Below, piece by piece: positions 9,862 to 19,601 of a DNA stretch of 64,000 nucleotides; within the stretch, counting starts at the first letter, position 1; each line of letters begins with the position of its first letter. The notes beneath the pieces were generated by a model. The model was not told the DNA's origin and searched no databases. It saw only the letters and a list, made by a program, of their open reading frames with translations. Position numbers and translations under genes: made by a program. Origin of the DNA: an uncultured Cytophagaceae bacterium (lineage in GTDB: Bacteria > Bacteroidota > Bacteroidia > Cytophagales > Spirosomataceae). The stretch spans positions 590 to 64,589 of the forward strand of contig CAIZMB010000106.1 in assembly GCA_903933935.1 (NCBI GenBank), written 5' to 3'.

Positions 9862-10455
9862 ATGAATATGGAAGTTGAGGTAAAAGACAAAATTTATTCT
9901 TTAGGTAATGCGGGGCGTATTTTTGAAAAAGAATTTATGCCACACATGGATGCCATGTATAATTTCGCTCTTAAGTTGACGGCCGACGAAGACGATGCTC
10001 AAGACCTTGTTCAGGATACTTGTTTAAAAGCATATCGTTTTATAAATTCTTTTGAACCTGGTACTTACGCGAAAGCCTGGTTATTCAGGATTTTGAAAAA
10101 TAATTTCATTAACGACTATCGAAAAAAATCTAGAGGCCCATCTAAAGTAGAATTTGAATGGGTGGAACAGTCAATTTCAGGGGAAGACGAAGCGGCAGAA
10201 CCCGCATATTTTGCTGATTTACAAGCTGAAACAGTTAATGACATGCTGGGTGACGAAATCACTGCCGCACTCCAATCTCTCCCAGTTGATTTTCGAATGA
10301 TTATTATTTTATGTGATTTGGAGGAGTTTAGTTACGAAGAGATGGCAAAAATTTTAGATATACCCATTGGCACAGTAAGATCCCGTTTGCATCGTGCTAG
10401 GGCTTTGCTTAAAACCAAATTAGTTAATTACGCTAAAAGCAAGGGGTATAACTGA
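9862..10455 (+). CDS. ECF RNA polymerase sigma factor, SigR/SigH (ECF12)-like
   Basis: Region 2 DAQDLVQDT..KA..F..FEPGT..KAWLFRIL.N.FIN.YRK; region 4 SYEEMAKILDIPIGTVRSRLHRAR. Confidence 0.9.
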   Translation: MNMEVEVKDKIYSLGNAGRIFEKEFMPHMDAMYNFALKLTADEDDAQDLVQDTCLKAYRFINSFEPGTYAKAWLFRILKNNFINDYRKKSRGPSKVEFEWVEQSISGEDEAAEPAYFADLQAETVNDMLGDEITAALQSLPVDFRMIIILCDLEEFSYEEMAKILDIPIGTVRSRLHRARALLKTKLVNYAKSKGYN

Positions 10456-10475
10456 CAACGTGTCATTAAATTCTG

Positions 10476-10501
10476 GGAACTAATTTTCCGACTGAGGTGT
10501 T
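10476..10501 (+). promoter_or_regulatory. Candidate ECF promoter GGAAC-N18-GTT upstream of the anti-sigma gene
   Basis: GGAAC at 10476-10480, 18-nt spacer, GTT at 10499-10501, in the sigma/anti-sigma intergenic gap. Confidence 0.55.
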
Positions 10502-10528
10502 AAAAAAATTGAATTAAGGTGAAATAAA

Positions 10529-10801
10529 ATGAAAATGAACTGTGAGCACCATCAGGATTGCATGCAATTGATTCAAAAGATTTTGGATGGCGAAGCAAGT
10601 GTAGCTGAAAAAGAAGCGTTTTATGCCAACAAAGATTTGTGTATGCCTTGTCAGAAGGGCTATGAATTAGAATTATCGCTCAAAGAAAACTTAAAATCTA
10701 AATGTCAATTATCCTGTCCGGATCAAATCATTCATAAGATTAGATCAAAACTTTTTTTGCTTTTAATCCTAATTTCAATTCTTATTCCCTTATTTTGCTA
10801 G
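10529..10801 (+). CDS. Cys-rich RsrA/RshA-like (zf-HC2-type) anti-sigma factor
   Basis: Directly after the ECF gene; C..L...LDGE....E......C..C pattern; 7 Cys. Confidence 0.75.
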   Translation: MKMNCEHHQDCMQLIQKILDGEASVAEKEAFYANKDLCMPCQKGYELELSLKENLKSKCQLSCPDQIIHKIRSKLFLLLILISILIPLFC

Positions 10802-10822
10802 CTTATATAAAGTAAAATATTT

Positions 10823-11389
10823 TTGGAAGGTAAATTAATTATTTTTTCGGCCCCTTCGGGATCAGGCAAAACAACTATCGTCAAGGAATTATTGAAAAAT
10901 AATTCCAATCTCGGTTTTTCTATTTCAGCATGTACACGAGATAAAAGAGGCCGACTAGAAGAAAATGGTCAAGATTATTATTTTCTTACGCCAGATGATT
11001 TTAGAGAAAAGATCAATGAAGGTGCTTTTGTCGAGTGGGAAGAAGTGTATTCCGGAGCCTATTACGGCACACTGAAATCAGAGATTGAGCGCATTTGGGC
11101 CAGCGGAAAGCATGTAATTTTTGATGTGGACGTTAAGGGCGGGCTCGCGTTAAAAAAGTATTATGGAGATAAGGCTTTAGCCATCTTTGTTAAAGTTCCG
11201 TCATTAGAGATTTTAGAAGAAAGGCTGCGTTCTAGAGGTACTGAAACAGAAGAATCGCTTTCTAAACGTATTTTTAAAATGAAGTTTGAATGGTCATTTC
11301 AAGACAAATTTGATGTAATTCTGATCAATGATACATTAGATTTGGCTATACAAAAGGCACAGAAATTGTTCACCCAATTCACAAGCTAA
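10823..11389 (+). CDS. gmk: Guanylate kinase (TTG start)
   Basis: [25 protein letters not shown]. Confidence 0.96.
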   Translation: MEGKLIIFSAPSGSGKTTIVKELLKNNSNLGFSISACTRDKRGRLEENGQDYYFLTPDDFREKINEGAFVEWEEVYSGAYYGTLKSEIERIWASGKHVIFDVDVKGGLALKKYYGDKALAIFVKVPSLEILEERLRSRGTETEESLSKRIFKMKFEWSFQDKFDVILINDTLDLAIQKAQKLFTQFTS

Positions 11390-11390
11390 C

Positions 11391-11963
11391 ATGAAAGTCG
11401 GATTGTTTTTTGGCTCTTTTAATCCTATTCATCATGGGCACTTAATTATTGCTCAGGCTGCATTAAATCAAACCGCATTGGATCAAATTTGGTTTGTTGT
11501 TTCCCCACAAAATCCGCATAAAAAAAGCAAAAATCTATTGCATGAATTTGACCGACTGGATTTAGTTGAAAGAGCGATTACTGATAATTTTGCTTTTAAA
11601 TCCTGCGATATTGAGTTTAGCTTATCAAAGCCATCTTATACAATAGATACGTTAATCCACTTGACTGAGCGCCACCCGACGAAAGAATTTTCATTGATTT
11701 TGGGTGGGGATAACCTTGAACAGTTTAAAAGTTGGAAAAATTTTGATAAGATACTTGATTATTTTACGCTCTACGTATATCCACGTGGTGAAATAAATAC
11801 ATCTGATTTATGGCAACATAAAAGTGTTAACAAGATTGATGCGCCTATTTTACATATTTCTGCTACCTATATTAGATCTTGCATCCAAAATGGCAAGTCT
11901 ATTAAATATCTAGTTCCTGATCAAGTAGAGGCTTTGATCAATCAGAAAAATTTTTACCTTTAG
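11391..11963 (+). CDS. nadD: Nicotinate-nucleotide adenylyltransferase
   Basis: GSFNPIHHGH, SYTIDT, ISATYIR. Confidence 0.95.
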   Translation: MKVGLFFGSFNPIHHGHLIIAQAALNQTALDQIWFVVSPQNPHKKSKNLLHEFDRLDLVERAITDNFAFKSCDIEFSLSKPSYTIDTLIHLTERHPTKEFSLILGGDNLEQFKSWKNFDKILDYFTLYVYPRGEINTSDLWQHKSVNKIDAPILHISATYIRSCIQNGKSIKYLVPDQVEALINQKNFYL

Positions 11964-11980
11964 GCAAATCCGCCTAAGCT

Positions 11981-14047
11981 TTGTACTCTGTTTTTCTTCG
12001 TTTCCCTTTTCTTCGGATCGCCATCTTATGGATGATTGGAATATGCATCCATGCGTATTTCCCATCCTGTTTAAATTCAATTATTTATCTATTCATTATT
12101 CTGTTTATTGCTTTTTTCATTGGGTGCTTTTTTAAGATACGCGATTGGCTAAGTATTTCTCTTAGTCTATTATTGCCCATTTCGGGGTTTCTAAATACGA
12201 GATTAAATGCTCATGAAATCTTGAATTTTGATTTATACAAAACAAATACTTTTGTTTTTGAGATCACTGATTTTCCTGAAATCAAACCTAAATCAATCGC
12301 TTTATTTGTTCATTGTATCGCATTTTTAGACCAAAATAAATGGAAAAAGGGTTCCGGCTATTTTAAATTATACCTAGAAAAAACAGATAGAAAGGTTGTG
12401 AAGGGAAGTAGATTACTTGTTCAATCTAAATTAAATCCTTTTCCTCAGCCATCATTTCCTTTTGAGAGAAATTGGGCCGAATACTTTCGGTCCAAAGGAA
12501 TGTATGGCTCATCTTTTATTGCCAAAAATTCATTTATAGTATTAAATGACGTTGGAGAAAATAAAAATATATTTTACTATTTCCACATTTGGCAATCTTA
12601 TTTGGCCCAACATTTAGCGCTTGCCATGCATCGTGGTATCAACTTAGACGTGGCAAAAACGATGCTCTTAGGTGTTAAATCTAGTATTGATTTTGAAACG
12701 ATGGCGGTCTACTCATCTTTGGGGGCTATTCACATATTATCCGTTTCAGGCTTGCACGTTGGCCTTTTATATGCAGGATTAAGTTTCATTTTAGGATTCT
12801 TGTTACGAAAAGGTCGATATGGCAAAATCCTTTTTTTCATTTTAATGATGATTTTACTTTGGGTATATGCTGGAATTTCTGGTTTTTCTGACCCAGTTCT
12901 GAGGTCCGCTTGGATGTTCTCCGTGATGCTTTTTGCCAAAGCATTTTTGCATCATCAAAATGGAATTAATACGTTAGCATTTTCGTGTTTCGCGCTTTTG
13001 GTTTTTAAGCCCATGGCTTTGTTTGAGCCAGGGTTTCAGTTGTCGTATTTAGCTGTGTTGGGTTTGATTATTTTCCAACAAAAATGGGCGTCTTTGATAA
13101 AATTTTCATTTAAAACTAAGGCTCTTCAATTTATAGTATCAAATACGTGGGAGCTAACCTGTGTGGCTCTTGCTGCCCAAATTTTTACTTGGCCTTTAAT
13201 TATTTATTATTTTTTTCAATTTCCTAACCCATTTTGGTTTCTATTGCTTAATCCTGTTTTAATCGTATTGTCCACTATTTCACTCGGTATAGGATTTATA
13301 TTTATTAGTTTATCTCCTATTTTAGTTTATTTAAAGCTTAAATTTTTAATACTTAACCTGGGTTTCCTATTAGATTTTAGCTTTTCTGTGTTGCATTTTG
13401 TCATGTTTAAGTTTGTCTACCTGTTCCATCCCATCATTCCATTTCTTAAAATTCATTTGTTCGAAGTCTTTATTTATTTTTTGTTTGTCACCTGTTTATG
13501 GTGTTGGCTGATTTACCGTAAGCGGCTATTTATATTATTGGTCATTCTATTCATTAGTGCTGAAGGCTTATTCCATATATTACCTGAACGGGATCATCAA
13601 CAATCCTTCTTGTCTCAATATAAGGGATATCCTATTTTTGTTTCGATTTCAGGAGTGAAATCGCATTTTTTTGCTCCATTTGATTTGAGCAACGATCCCC
13701 TGTGGATACAGGGCCATCTAAGTCCACTTTGGGCTAATCTAGGAGTAAAGGATACGTTAGGGCATTATTACGACCAGGGTATCAATTATGCATGGGTTTA
13801 TAAAAAGAAAAAATTTATTCTATTAAATAAAGCAGCTTTCAAACCTATAGACGATAAATTTACCATCATTCTGTCAAGAAATGTTTACATGAAAAAACCA
13901 AACTGGTTAGCTACTTGGGATAATTCAACCTTATTAATTGCAAATAAACCTTCAAATTATACTCAGCAGGTATGGTCGACTTATTATCCTAAATTAGTAG
14001 GTAATAAAGTAGATTTTTTGGATCAGCGTGCAGCTATCATGTATTAA
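11981..14047 (+). CDS. comEC: ComEC/Rec2 competence DNA-uptake channel
   Basis: HILSVSGLHVG, VLRSAWM, GFQLSYLAV, many TM segments. Confidence 0.88.
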   Translation: MYSVFLRFPFLRIAILWMIGICIHAYFPSCLNSIIYLFIILFIAFFIGCFFKIRDWLSISLSLLLPISGFLNTRLNAHEILNFDLYKTNTFVFEITDFPEIKPKSIALFVHCIAFLDQNKWKKGSGYFKLYLEKTDRKVVKGSRLLVQSKLNPFPQPSFPFERNWAEYFRSKGMYGSSFIAKNSFIVLNDVGENKNIFYYFHIWQSYLAQHLALAMHRGINLDVAKTMLLGVKSSIDFETMAVYSSLGAIHILSVSGLHVGLLYAGLSFILGFLLRKGRYGKILFFILMMILLWVYAGISGFSDPVLRSAWMFSVMLFAKAFLHHQNGINTLAFSCFALLVFKPMALFEPGFQLSYLAVLGLIIFQQKWASLIKFSFKTKALQFIVSNTWELTCVALAAQIFTWPLIIYYFFQFPNPFWFLLLNPVLIVLSTISLGIGFIFISLSPILVYLKLKFLILNLGFLLDFSFSVLHFVMFKFVYLFHPIIPFLKIHLFEVFIYFLFVTCLWCWLIYRKRLFILLVILFISAEGLFHILPERDHQQSFLSQYKGYPIFVSISGVKSHFFAPFDLSNDPLWIQGHLSPLWANLGVKDTLGHYYDQGINYAWVYKKKKFILLNKAAFKPIDDKFTIILSRNVYMKKPNWLATWDNSTLLIANKPSNYTQQVWSTYYPKLVGNKVDFLDQRAAIMY

Positions 14048-14076
14048 AAAAGACTACCTGTTGGGGTAGTCTTTTT
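14047..14076. terminator. Bidirectional terminator between comEC and typA
   Basis: AAAAAGACTACC-loop-GGTAGTCTTTTT. Confidence 0.88.
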
Positions 14077-14079
14077 GTA

Positions 14080-15888
14080 TTAGCTTGGTTTTTTCTCATT
14101 GCGTTTGCGCTCGTTGGGGTCTAGCCATATTTTACGCATTCGAAGCGATTTAGGAGTGATTTCTAAATATTCATCCTTTTGGATAAACTCCATACATTCT
14201 TCTAATGAAAAATTTAATTTAGGCGCAATTTTAGCGTTTGAATCTGTACCAGAAGCACGCATGTTGGTTAATTGCTTCGCATTTTGAAGGTTAACTTCAA
14301 TGTCATTTTGACGATTATGTTCTCCTACAACCATTCCTGTATAAACTTCTTCACCTGGATCGATGAAAAAGACACCTCGGTCTTGTAATTTATCAATCGC
14401 GTAAGGGATAGCCGCTCCCGTATTCATGGATATCAATGATCCGTTGATACGTCCTGGAATTGGCCCCTTGAACGGTTCATAAGCCGTAAAACGATGCGCC
14501 ATGATGGCTTCACCAAAAGTTGCAGTTAACACTTTTGATCTTAAACCGATTAGGCCTCTAGATGGAATATTGAATTCTAAATGTTGAAGATCACCTTTAG
14601 GTTCCATAATCAACAATTCTCCTTTTCCTTGGGTTGCAAGTTCAATGACCTTTCCAGCAACTTCTGCAGGTACATCTACTACTAAACTTTCAATAGGCTC
14701 TAAACGCTCTCCATTTTCACCTTCTTTGAAAATTACTTGAGGCTGACCTACTTGTAACTCATATCCTTCCCGACGCATGGTTTCAATAAGCACAGATAAA
14801 TGTAAAATTCCACGACCAAAAACTAAGAATTTATCTTCACTCTCTGTGGTCATTACTTTTAAGGCCAAATTCTTTTCAGTCTCCTTGAATAAACGCTCAC
14901 GAATATGGCGAGAAGTAACCAATTTTCCTTCTTTTCCAAAAAATGGAGAGTTGTTGATCGTAAACAACATATTCATGGTAGGTTCGTCGATAGCTATACG
15001 CTCCAAAGCTTCTGGATTTTCAGCATCAGCAACCGTGTCGCCAATTTCAAAATCTTCAATACCAGTAATGGCGCAAATTTCACCACATTCAACTTTTTCT
15101 ACTCTCACTTTACCTAAACCTTCAAATACTTGAAGTTCCTTGATACGCATTTTCTTAGTACTTCCATCTGCTTTGCAAAGTGCAATTTGCATTCCCTCCG
15201 TCAAGGTTCCTCTTTCTAAGCGTCCGATAGCAATACGACCCACAAAAGACGAATAATCTAATGAGGTAATTTGCATTTGTGGGGTTCCTTCTTGAACCTT
15301 TGATGCAGGAATATTTTTAATAATAGAATCTAATAATGCGATTATATTATCTGTAGGAACTTTCCAATCTTCACTCATCCAACCTTGTTTCGAAGATCCA
15401 TAGATACAAGGAAAATCTAATTGGTCCTCAGATGCATCTAAATTGAACATTAAATCAAAAACTTGCTCATGAACTTCGTCTGGACGACAATTTTCCTTGT
15501 CAACTTTATTGACTACCACAATTGGCTTAAGACCCAAAGCAATTGCTTTAGATAATACGAAACGAGTTTGAGGCATTGGGCCTTCAAATGCATCAACTAA
15601 TAGTAAAACACCATCAGCCATTCGTAAAACACGCTCTACTTCTCCTCCAAAGTCGGCGTGACCAGGAGTATCAATAATATTGATCTTAACGCCATTGTAA
15701 CGTACGGATACGTTTTTTGACGTAATTGTTATGCCTCGTTCGCGCTCCAAATCATTGTTATCTAGAATTAAATCTCCAAACTCTTGATTCTCTCTAAATA
15801 TTTTTGAGGCGTGAATGATTTTGTCAACTAAAGTAGTTTTACCGTGGTCAACGTGGGCAATAATGGCAATGTTGCGGATGCTTTGCAT
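14080..15888 (-). CDS. typA: Translational GTPase TypA/BipA
   Basis: AHVDHGKTT, ERERGITI, DTPGHADF, RITPKSLRMRK-type C-terminus (EITPKSLRMRK). Confidence 0.97.
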   Translation of the reverse strand: MQSIRNIAIIAHVDHGKTTLVDKIIHASKIFRENQEFGDLILDNNDLERERGITITSKNVSVRYNGVKINIIDTPGHADFGGEVERVLRMADGVLLLVDAFEGPMPQTRFVLSKAIALGLKPIVVVNKVDKENCRPDEVHEQVFDLMFNLDASEDQLDFPCIYGSSKQGWMSEDWKVPTDNIIALLDSIIKNIPASKVQEGTPQMQITSLDYSSFVGRIAIGRLERGTLTEGMQIALCKADGSTKKMRIKELQVFEGLGKVRVEKVECGEICAITGIEDFEIGDTVADAENPEALERIAIDEPTMNMLFTINNSPFFGKEGKLVTSRHIRERLFKETEKNLALKVMTTESEDKFLVFGRGILHLSVLIETMRREGYELQVGQPQVIFKEGENGERLEPIESLVVDVPAEVAGKVIELATQGKGELLIMEPKGDLQHLEFNIPSRGLIGLRSKVLTATFGEAIMAHRFTAYEPFKGPIPGRINGSLISMNTGAAIPYAIDKLQDRGVFFIDPGEEVYTGMVVGEHNRQNDIEVNLQNAKQLTNMRASGTDSNAKIAPKLNFSLEECMEFIQKDEYLEITPKSLRMRKIWLDPNERKRNEKKPS

Positions 15889-15916
15889 AAAATGAAGGCT
15901 CGTAAATTTTAAGGTG

Positions 15917-15924
15917 CAAAGGTA
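15917..15924 (-). promoter_or_regulatory. -7 promoter element of typA
   Basis: TACCTTTG on the minus strand. Confidence 0.65.
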
Positions 15925-15975
15925 GGGATTATTTCTTTGAAAAGTACTATTTGATTTAAATAACCATACTCGAAT

Positions 15976-17928
15976 TTAATCAATTGACTTGAGAGTATTA
16001 ATTACTTTACTTTTTGTGGGATATTCTTCTAAAATTTTGGCTAAAATACTGCTTGAGTCGATTCCACAAAGTTCGTATAGTTCTTTTTGTTCGCCATGTT
16101 CTATAATTACATCGGCAATTCCTAAGCGGATTATTTTGGATTGATATTGATGGTCAACCATAAATTCTGCAATGGCAGATCCAAAACCTCCTTGAATAGC
16201 AGCATCCTCGACTGTTATAACAGTTTTGAATGTTTTGAAAATGATATGCAATAATCGTTCGTCAAGGGGCTTGACAAATCGCATATCATATAATGCGGGT
16301 TTTAGACCTTTTTGTTGGGCTAATTCGACCGCCTTTTCCGCTTCATTCCCTATATGCCCAATGCTTAATATGGCTACATTTTCTCCTTTAATGAGTTCGC
16401 TTCCCGTGCCAATTTCAATTTTTTCAAAAGTAGTTCTCCACGCGGGCATAACACCTTCGCCTCGTGGATAACGAATTGTAATAGCTTGATTTAGCTCTTT
16501 AAATGAGTCTAAAGAAGCGGTATACATCATGTTTCGAAGTTCCTGTTCATTTCTAGGTGCCGCCACAATCATGTTAGGAAGGGCCCTCATGAATGCAAAG
16601 TCATAGAGTCCATGATGGGTAGGACCATCAGCCCCCGCAAGGCCTGAGCGATCTAAACAAAAAATTACGGGTAATTTTTGTAAACAGACATCATGAACGA
16701 CTTGATCGTAACCTCTTTGCATGAAAGAACTATAAATATTACAAAAAACGGTAAGTCCTTGTGTAGCTAATCCTGCAGAAAATGTAACGGCATGCTGCTC
16801 AGCGATACCCACGTCAAATGCCCTGTCTGGCATTTCGCGCATCATAATATTGAGGGATGATCCGGAAGGCATTGCAGGAGTAATCCCCATGATTTTGGAA
16901 TTTTTCTCTGCTAACTCTAGAAGTGTATGTCCAAAAACTTCTTGATATTTAGGCGGTTGGGGATTGTCATAAGTCTTTTTGTGAATCTCTCCCGTTATTT
17001 TATCGAATTTTCCAGGGGCATGCCATAGGGTTTGATCCTTTTCGGCTAAACTATATCCCTTACCTTTTGTCGTAATGCAGTGCAATATTTTAGGCCCAGG
17101 AATATCTTTTAAATCATTCAAAACCGTTGTTAAATATCCAATATCATGGCCATCAATAGGTCCAAAATACCTAAGATTTAAAGATTCAAATAAATTACTT
17201 TGTTTTAATAATGTGGCTTTGAGCCCATTTTCGATTTTGGATACAATTTCTTGAGCTGATTTGCCAAATTTCGACATTTTACCCAATAAATTCCAAACGT
17301 CATCCTTCACCTTATTATAGGTATGCGATGTTCTAATATCAGTCAAATATTCTTTTAAAGCACCCACGTTAGGGTCGATGGCCATGCAATTATCATTTAA
17401 AATAATTAGCATATTATTGGGTATGTCACCTGCGTGATTCATCGCTTCGAAAGCCATACCAGCCGTCATAGAACCATCACCAATAATGGCGATATGTTGT
17501 TTCTGGAAATCTTTTTTGTAACGAGATGCAACGGCCATACCTAAAGCAGCTGAAATTGAGGTGGAAGAATGCCCCACGCCAAATGTATCATATATGCTTT
17601 CGGATCTTTTAGGAAACCCACTAATTCCTCCTAAAAGTCGATTAGTATGAAAAACATCCTTTCTTCCTGTAAGTATTTTGTGGCCATAAGCTTGATGTCC
17701 TACATCCCAAACTAATTGGTCTTCTGGAGTATTAAATACATAATGTAAGGCTACAGTTAATTCAGTAACTCCTAGAGAAGCTCCAAAATGTCCCCCATTA
17801 ACGGAAACATGGTCGATGATAAATTGCCTTAATTCTTCGCACACTTTTGGCAACTCTGAGGGAGAAAGACTCCTTAGATCTGCTGGAGAATGTATTTTAC
17901 TTAATAATGGACCAGCTTTGAATTGCAT
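15976..17928 (-). CDS. dxs: 1-deoxy-D-xylulose-5-phosphate synthase
   Basis: GGHFGASLG, WDVGHQAYGHK, IGDGSMTAG, DVGIAEQHA, DGPTHHG. Confidence 0.97.
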   Translation of the reverse strand: MQFKAGPLLSKIHSPADLRSLSPSELPKVCEELRQFIIDHVSVNGGHFGASLGVTELTVALHYVFNTPEDQLVWDVGHQAYGHKILTGRKDVFHTNRLLGGISGFPKRSESIYDTFGVGHSSTSISAALGMAVASRYKKDFQKQHIAIIGDGSMTAGMAFEAMNHAGDIPNNMLIILNDNCMAIDPNVGALKEYLTDIRTSHTYNKVKDDVWNLLGKMSKFGKSAQEIVSKIENGLKATLLKQSNLFESLNLRYFGPIDGHDIGYLTTVLNDLKDIPGPKILHCITTKGKGYSLAEKDQTLWHAPGKFDKITGEIHKKTYDNPQPPKYQEVFGHTLLELAEKNSKIMGITPAMPSGSSLNIMMREMPDRAFDVGIAEQHAVTFSAGLATQGLTVFCNIYSSFMQRGYDQVVHDVCLQKLPVIFCLDRSGLAGADGPTHHGLYDFAFMRALPNMIVAAPRNEQELRNMMYTASLDSFKELNQAITIRYPRGEGVMPAWRTTFEKIEIGTGSELIKGENVAILSIGHIGNEAEKAVELAQQKGLKPALYDMRFVKPLDERLLHIIFKTFKTVITVEDAAIQGGFGSAIAEFMVDHQYQSKIIRLGIADVIIEHGEQKELYELCGIDSSSILAKILEEYPTKSKVINTLKSID

Positions 17929-17994
17929 AAATTAATTATTAAAAATACCCGAAGGTGAATATCAAACAATATAAAGGTAAAAATGTTTTTAGGC

Positions 17995-18861
17995 TTATTC
18001 GTTTTTTTGACTCGCTTTAAACAACCTCCTTTTCTCGTATTTACTCAAACTATCATAACCTGATTTAGAAATTTTATCTAAAATTTGGTTCAATTCTTCT
18101 TCTACAACTTCTTCATTATCTAATTCATTCGTTGACTCGTACACTTTTTTTTGAGCCACTTTTACAAATGAAAAAACTTTTTCTTCATTGACGAATACAC
18201 TCTTTTTTTGAGGAAGCTGAAAATAGAATCCATACATAAAGCCCATTAAAGCACCGCCTAAATGAGCAATATTTCCTCCAGCATTCATTCCTGTAGTTTC
18301 GATGAATGACCAAACAATATAAAATGCAGCCACATATTTAATCTGTACATCACCAATAAAAAATAAATGAATGCGGTAAGTGGGTTTAATGGTTGCCGCA
18401 GCAACCACAATGGCAAATACACCTGCTGATGCCCCATTTAGGTAGGTCGGTCCTTTCAAAATAAAATATGAAAAGCTGTTCACTAAAAGCAAATAAGCAA
18501 TCGCCCCTGATATGCCGCCCCAAATAAACAATTTAACAATTCGTTCCGAACCAATGAAATCTTGCAAGATAATTCCAAACCAAAAGAGGAACATCATATT
18601 GAAAAGCAGATGAAATAATTCAATATGAATAAAGAAATAAGTGAATACTGTCCAAGGCTCTTTAAGTACGTTTATTGGCGTTGACGATAAAGTTATATGT
18701 TCTAGGAGTGCAGAAAAAATTTGCTCATGGCCTGCCAGTATAAGGCCGACTTTGCCCACCATCAAAACAAGAAATATAAATACATTTAAAGCAATTAGCT
18801 TTTTAAGCCCTTGATTTGGGCTGTTAAATATTATTTTTATATCGAACCAAATACTTTTCAT
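17995..18861 (-). CDS. Rhomboid intramembrane serine protease with C-terminal soluble tail
   Basis: HLLFNM, GASAG, AHLGG; tail ending LDKISKSGYDSL. Confidence 0.9.
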   Translation of the reverse strand: MKSIWFDIKIIFNSPNQGLKKLIALNVFIFLVLMVGKVGLILAGHEQIFSALLEHITLSSTPINVLKEPWTVFTYFFIHIELFHLLFNMMFLFWFGIILQDFIGSERIVKLFIWGGISGAIAYLLLVNSFSYFILKGPTYLNGASAGVFAIVVAAATIKPTYRIHLFFIGDVQIKYVAAFYIVWSFIETTGMNAGGNIAHLGGALMGFMYGFYFQLPQKKSVFVNEEKVFSFVKVAQKKVYESTNELDNEEVVEEELNQILDKISKSGYDSLSKYEKRRLFKASQKNE

Positions 18862-18862
18862 C

Positions 18863-19597
18863 TTAAAAAAACGTATTTCTTTTTGTTCCCCAATATTTTA
18901 AAAGGATAACCGCAAAAATCATTCCTCCGATATGTGCAAAGTGAGCCACATTATCTCCTTCGCTTTGTTGGATACCTTGGTAAAGTTCATATAAGCCATA
19001 AAAACTGACAAAATACTTAGCTTTGATGGGAATAGGGAAAGGGAATAGAAACATTTCTGAATTTGGAAATAAGTACCCAAAAGCCATTAAAATCCCAAAA
19101 ATTGCCCCTGATGCTCCACCTACAACACTTCGGTTTATGAATTCAGCATAATTGGTCCTGACCCAATCGGAATTAATAGGCTCAATGGGACTAATAACAC
19201 TAAAATGCTGAACATAATCCGTTAAATTAAATGAACTAGGGTTTGATAAAACTAGCTCGGTGGCCCTTCTGAAATCTGCGAAATCAATAAAATGTTGGAT
19301 ACCCATGTACAATAATCCCGCGCCTATACCACAGAAAAAGTAAAAAAATAAAAACCGTTGGGCTCCCCAAACTCGTTCAAGTAATGATCCAAACATAAAT
19401 AGCCCAAACATATTGCTTAATAAATGCATGAAATTTGCATGAATGAACATGTAGGTAACTACCTGAAAGAAATAAAAATCCCTTGCTTGAAAATAGTGCA
19501 ACGTAAATAAATCTTCGGGTATGGCTCCTTTTCCTAAAAAAAGGACAACGTTTACAATGATTAAATTACGTACAGTAGGTGTTAAGTTTCTAAACAT
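18863..19597 (-). CDS. Rhomboid intramembrane serine protease; likely start 19597
   Basis: HLLSNM, GASGA, AHFAHIGG. Confidence 0.9.
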   Translation of the reverse strand: MFRNLTPTVRNLIIVNVVLFLGKGAIPEDLFTLHYFQARDFYFFQVVTYMFIHANFMHLLSNMFGLFMFGSLLERVWGAQRFLFFYFFCGIGAGLLYMGIQHFIDFADFRRATELVLSNPSSFNLTDYVQHFSVISPIEPINSDWVRTNYAEFINRSVVGGASGAIFGILMAFGYLFPNSEMFLFPFPIPIKAKYFVSFYGLYELYQGIQQSEGDNVAHFAHIGGMIFAVILLKYWGTKRNTFF

Positions 19598-19601
19598 ATT
19601 T

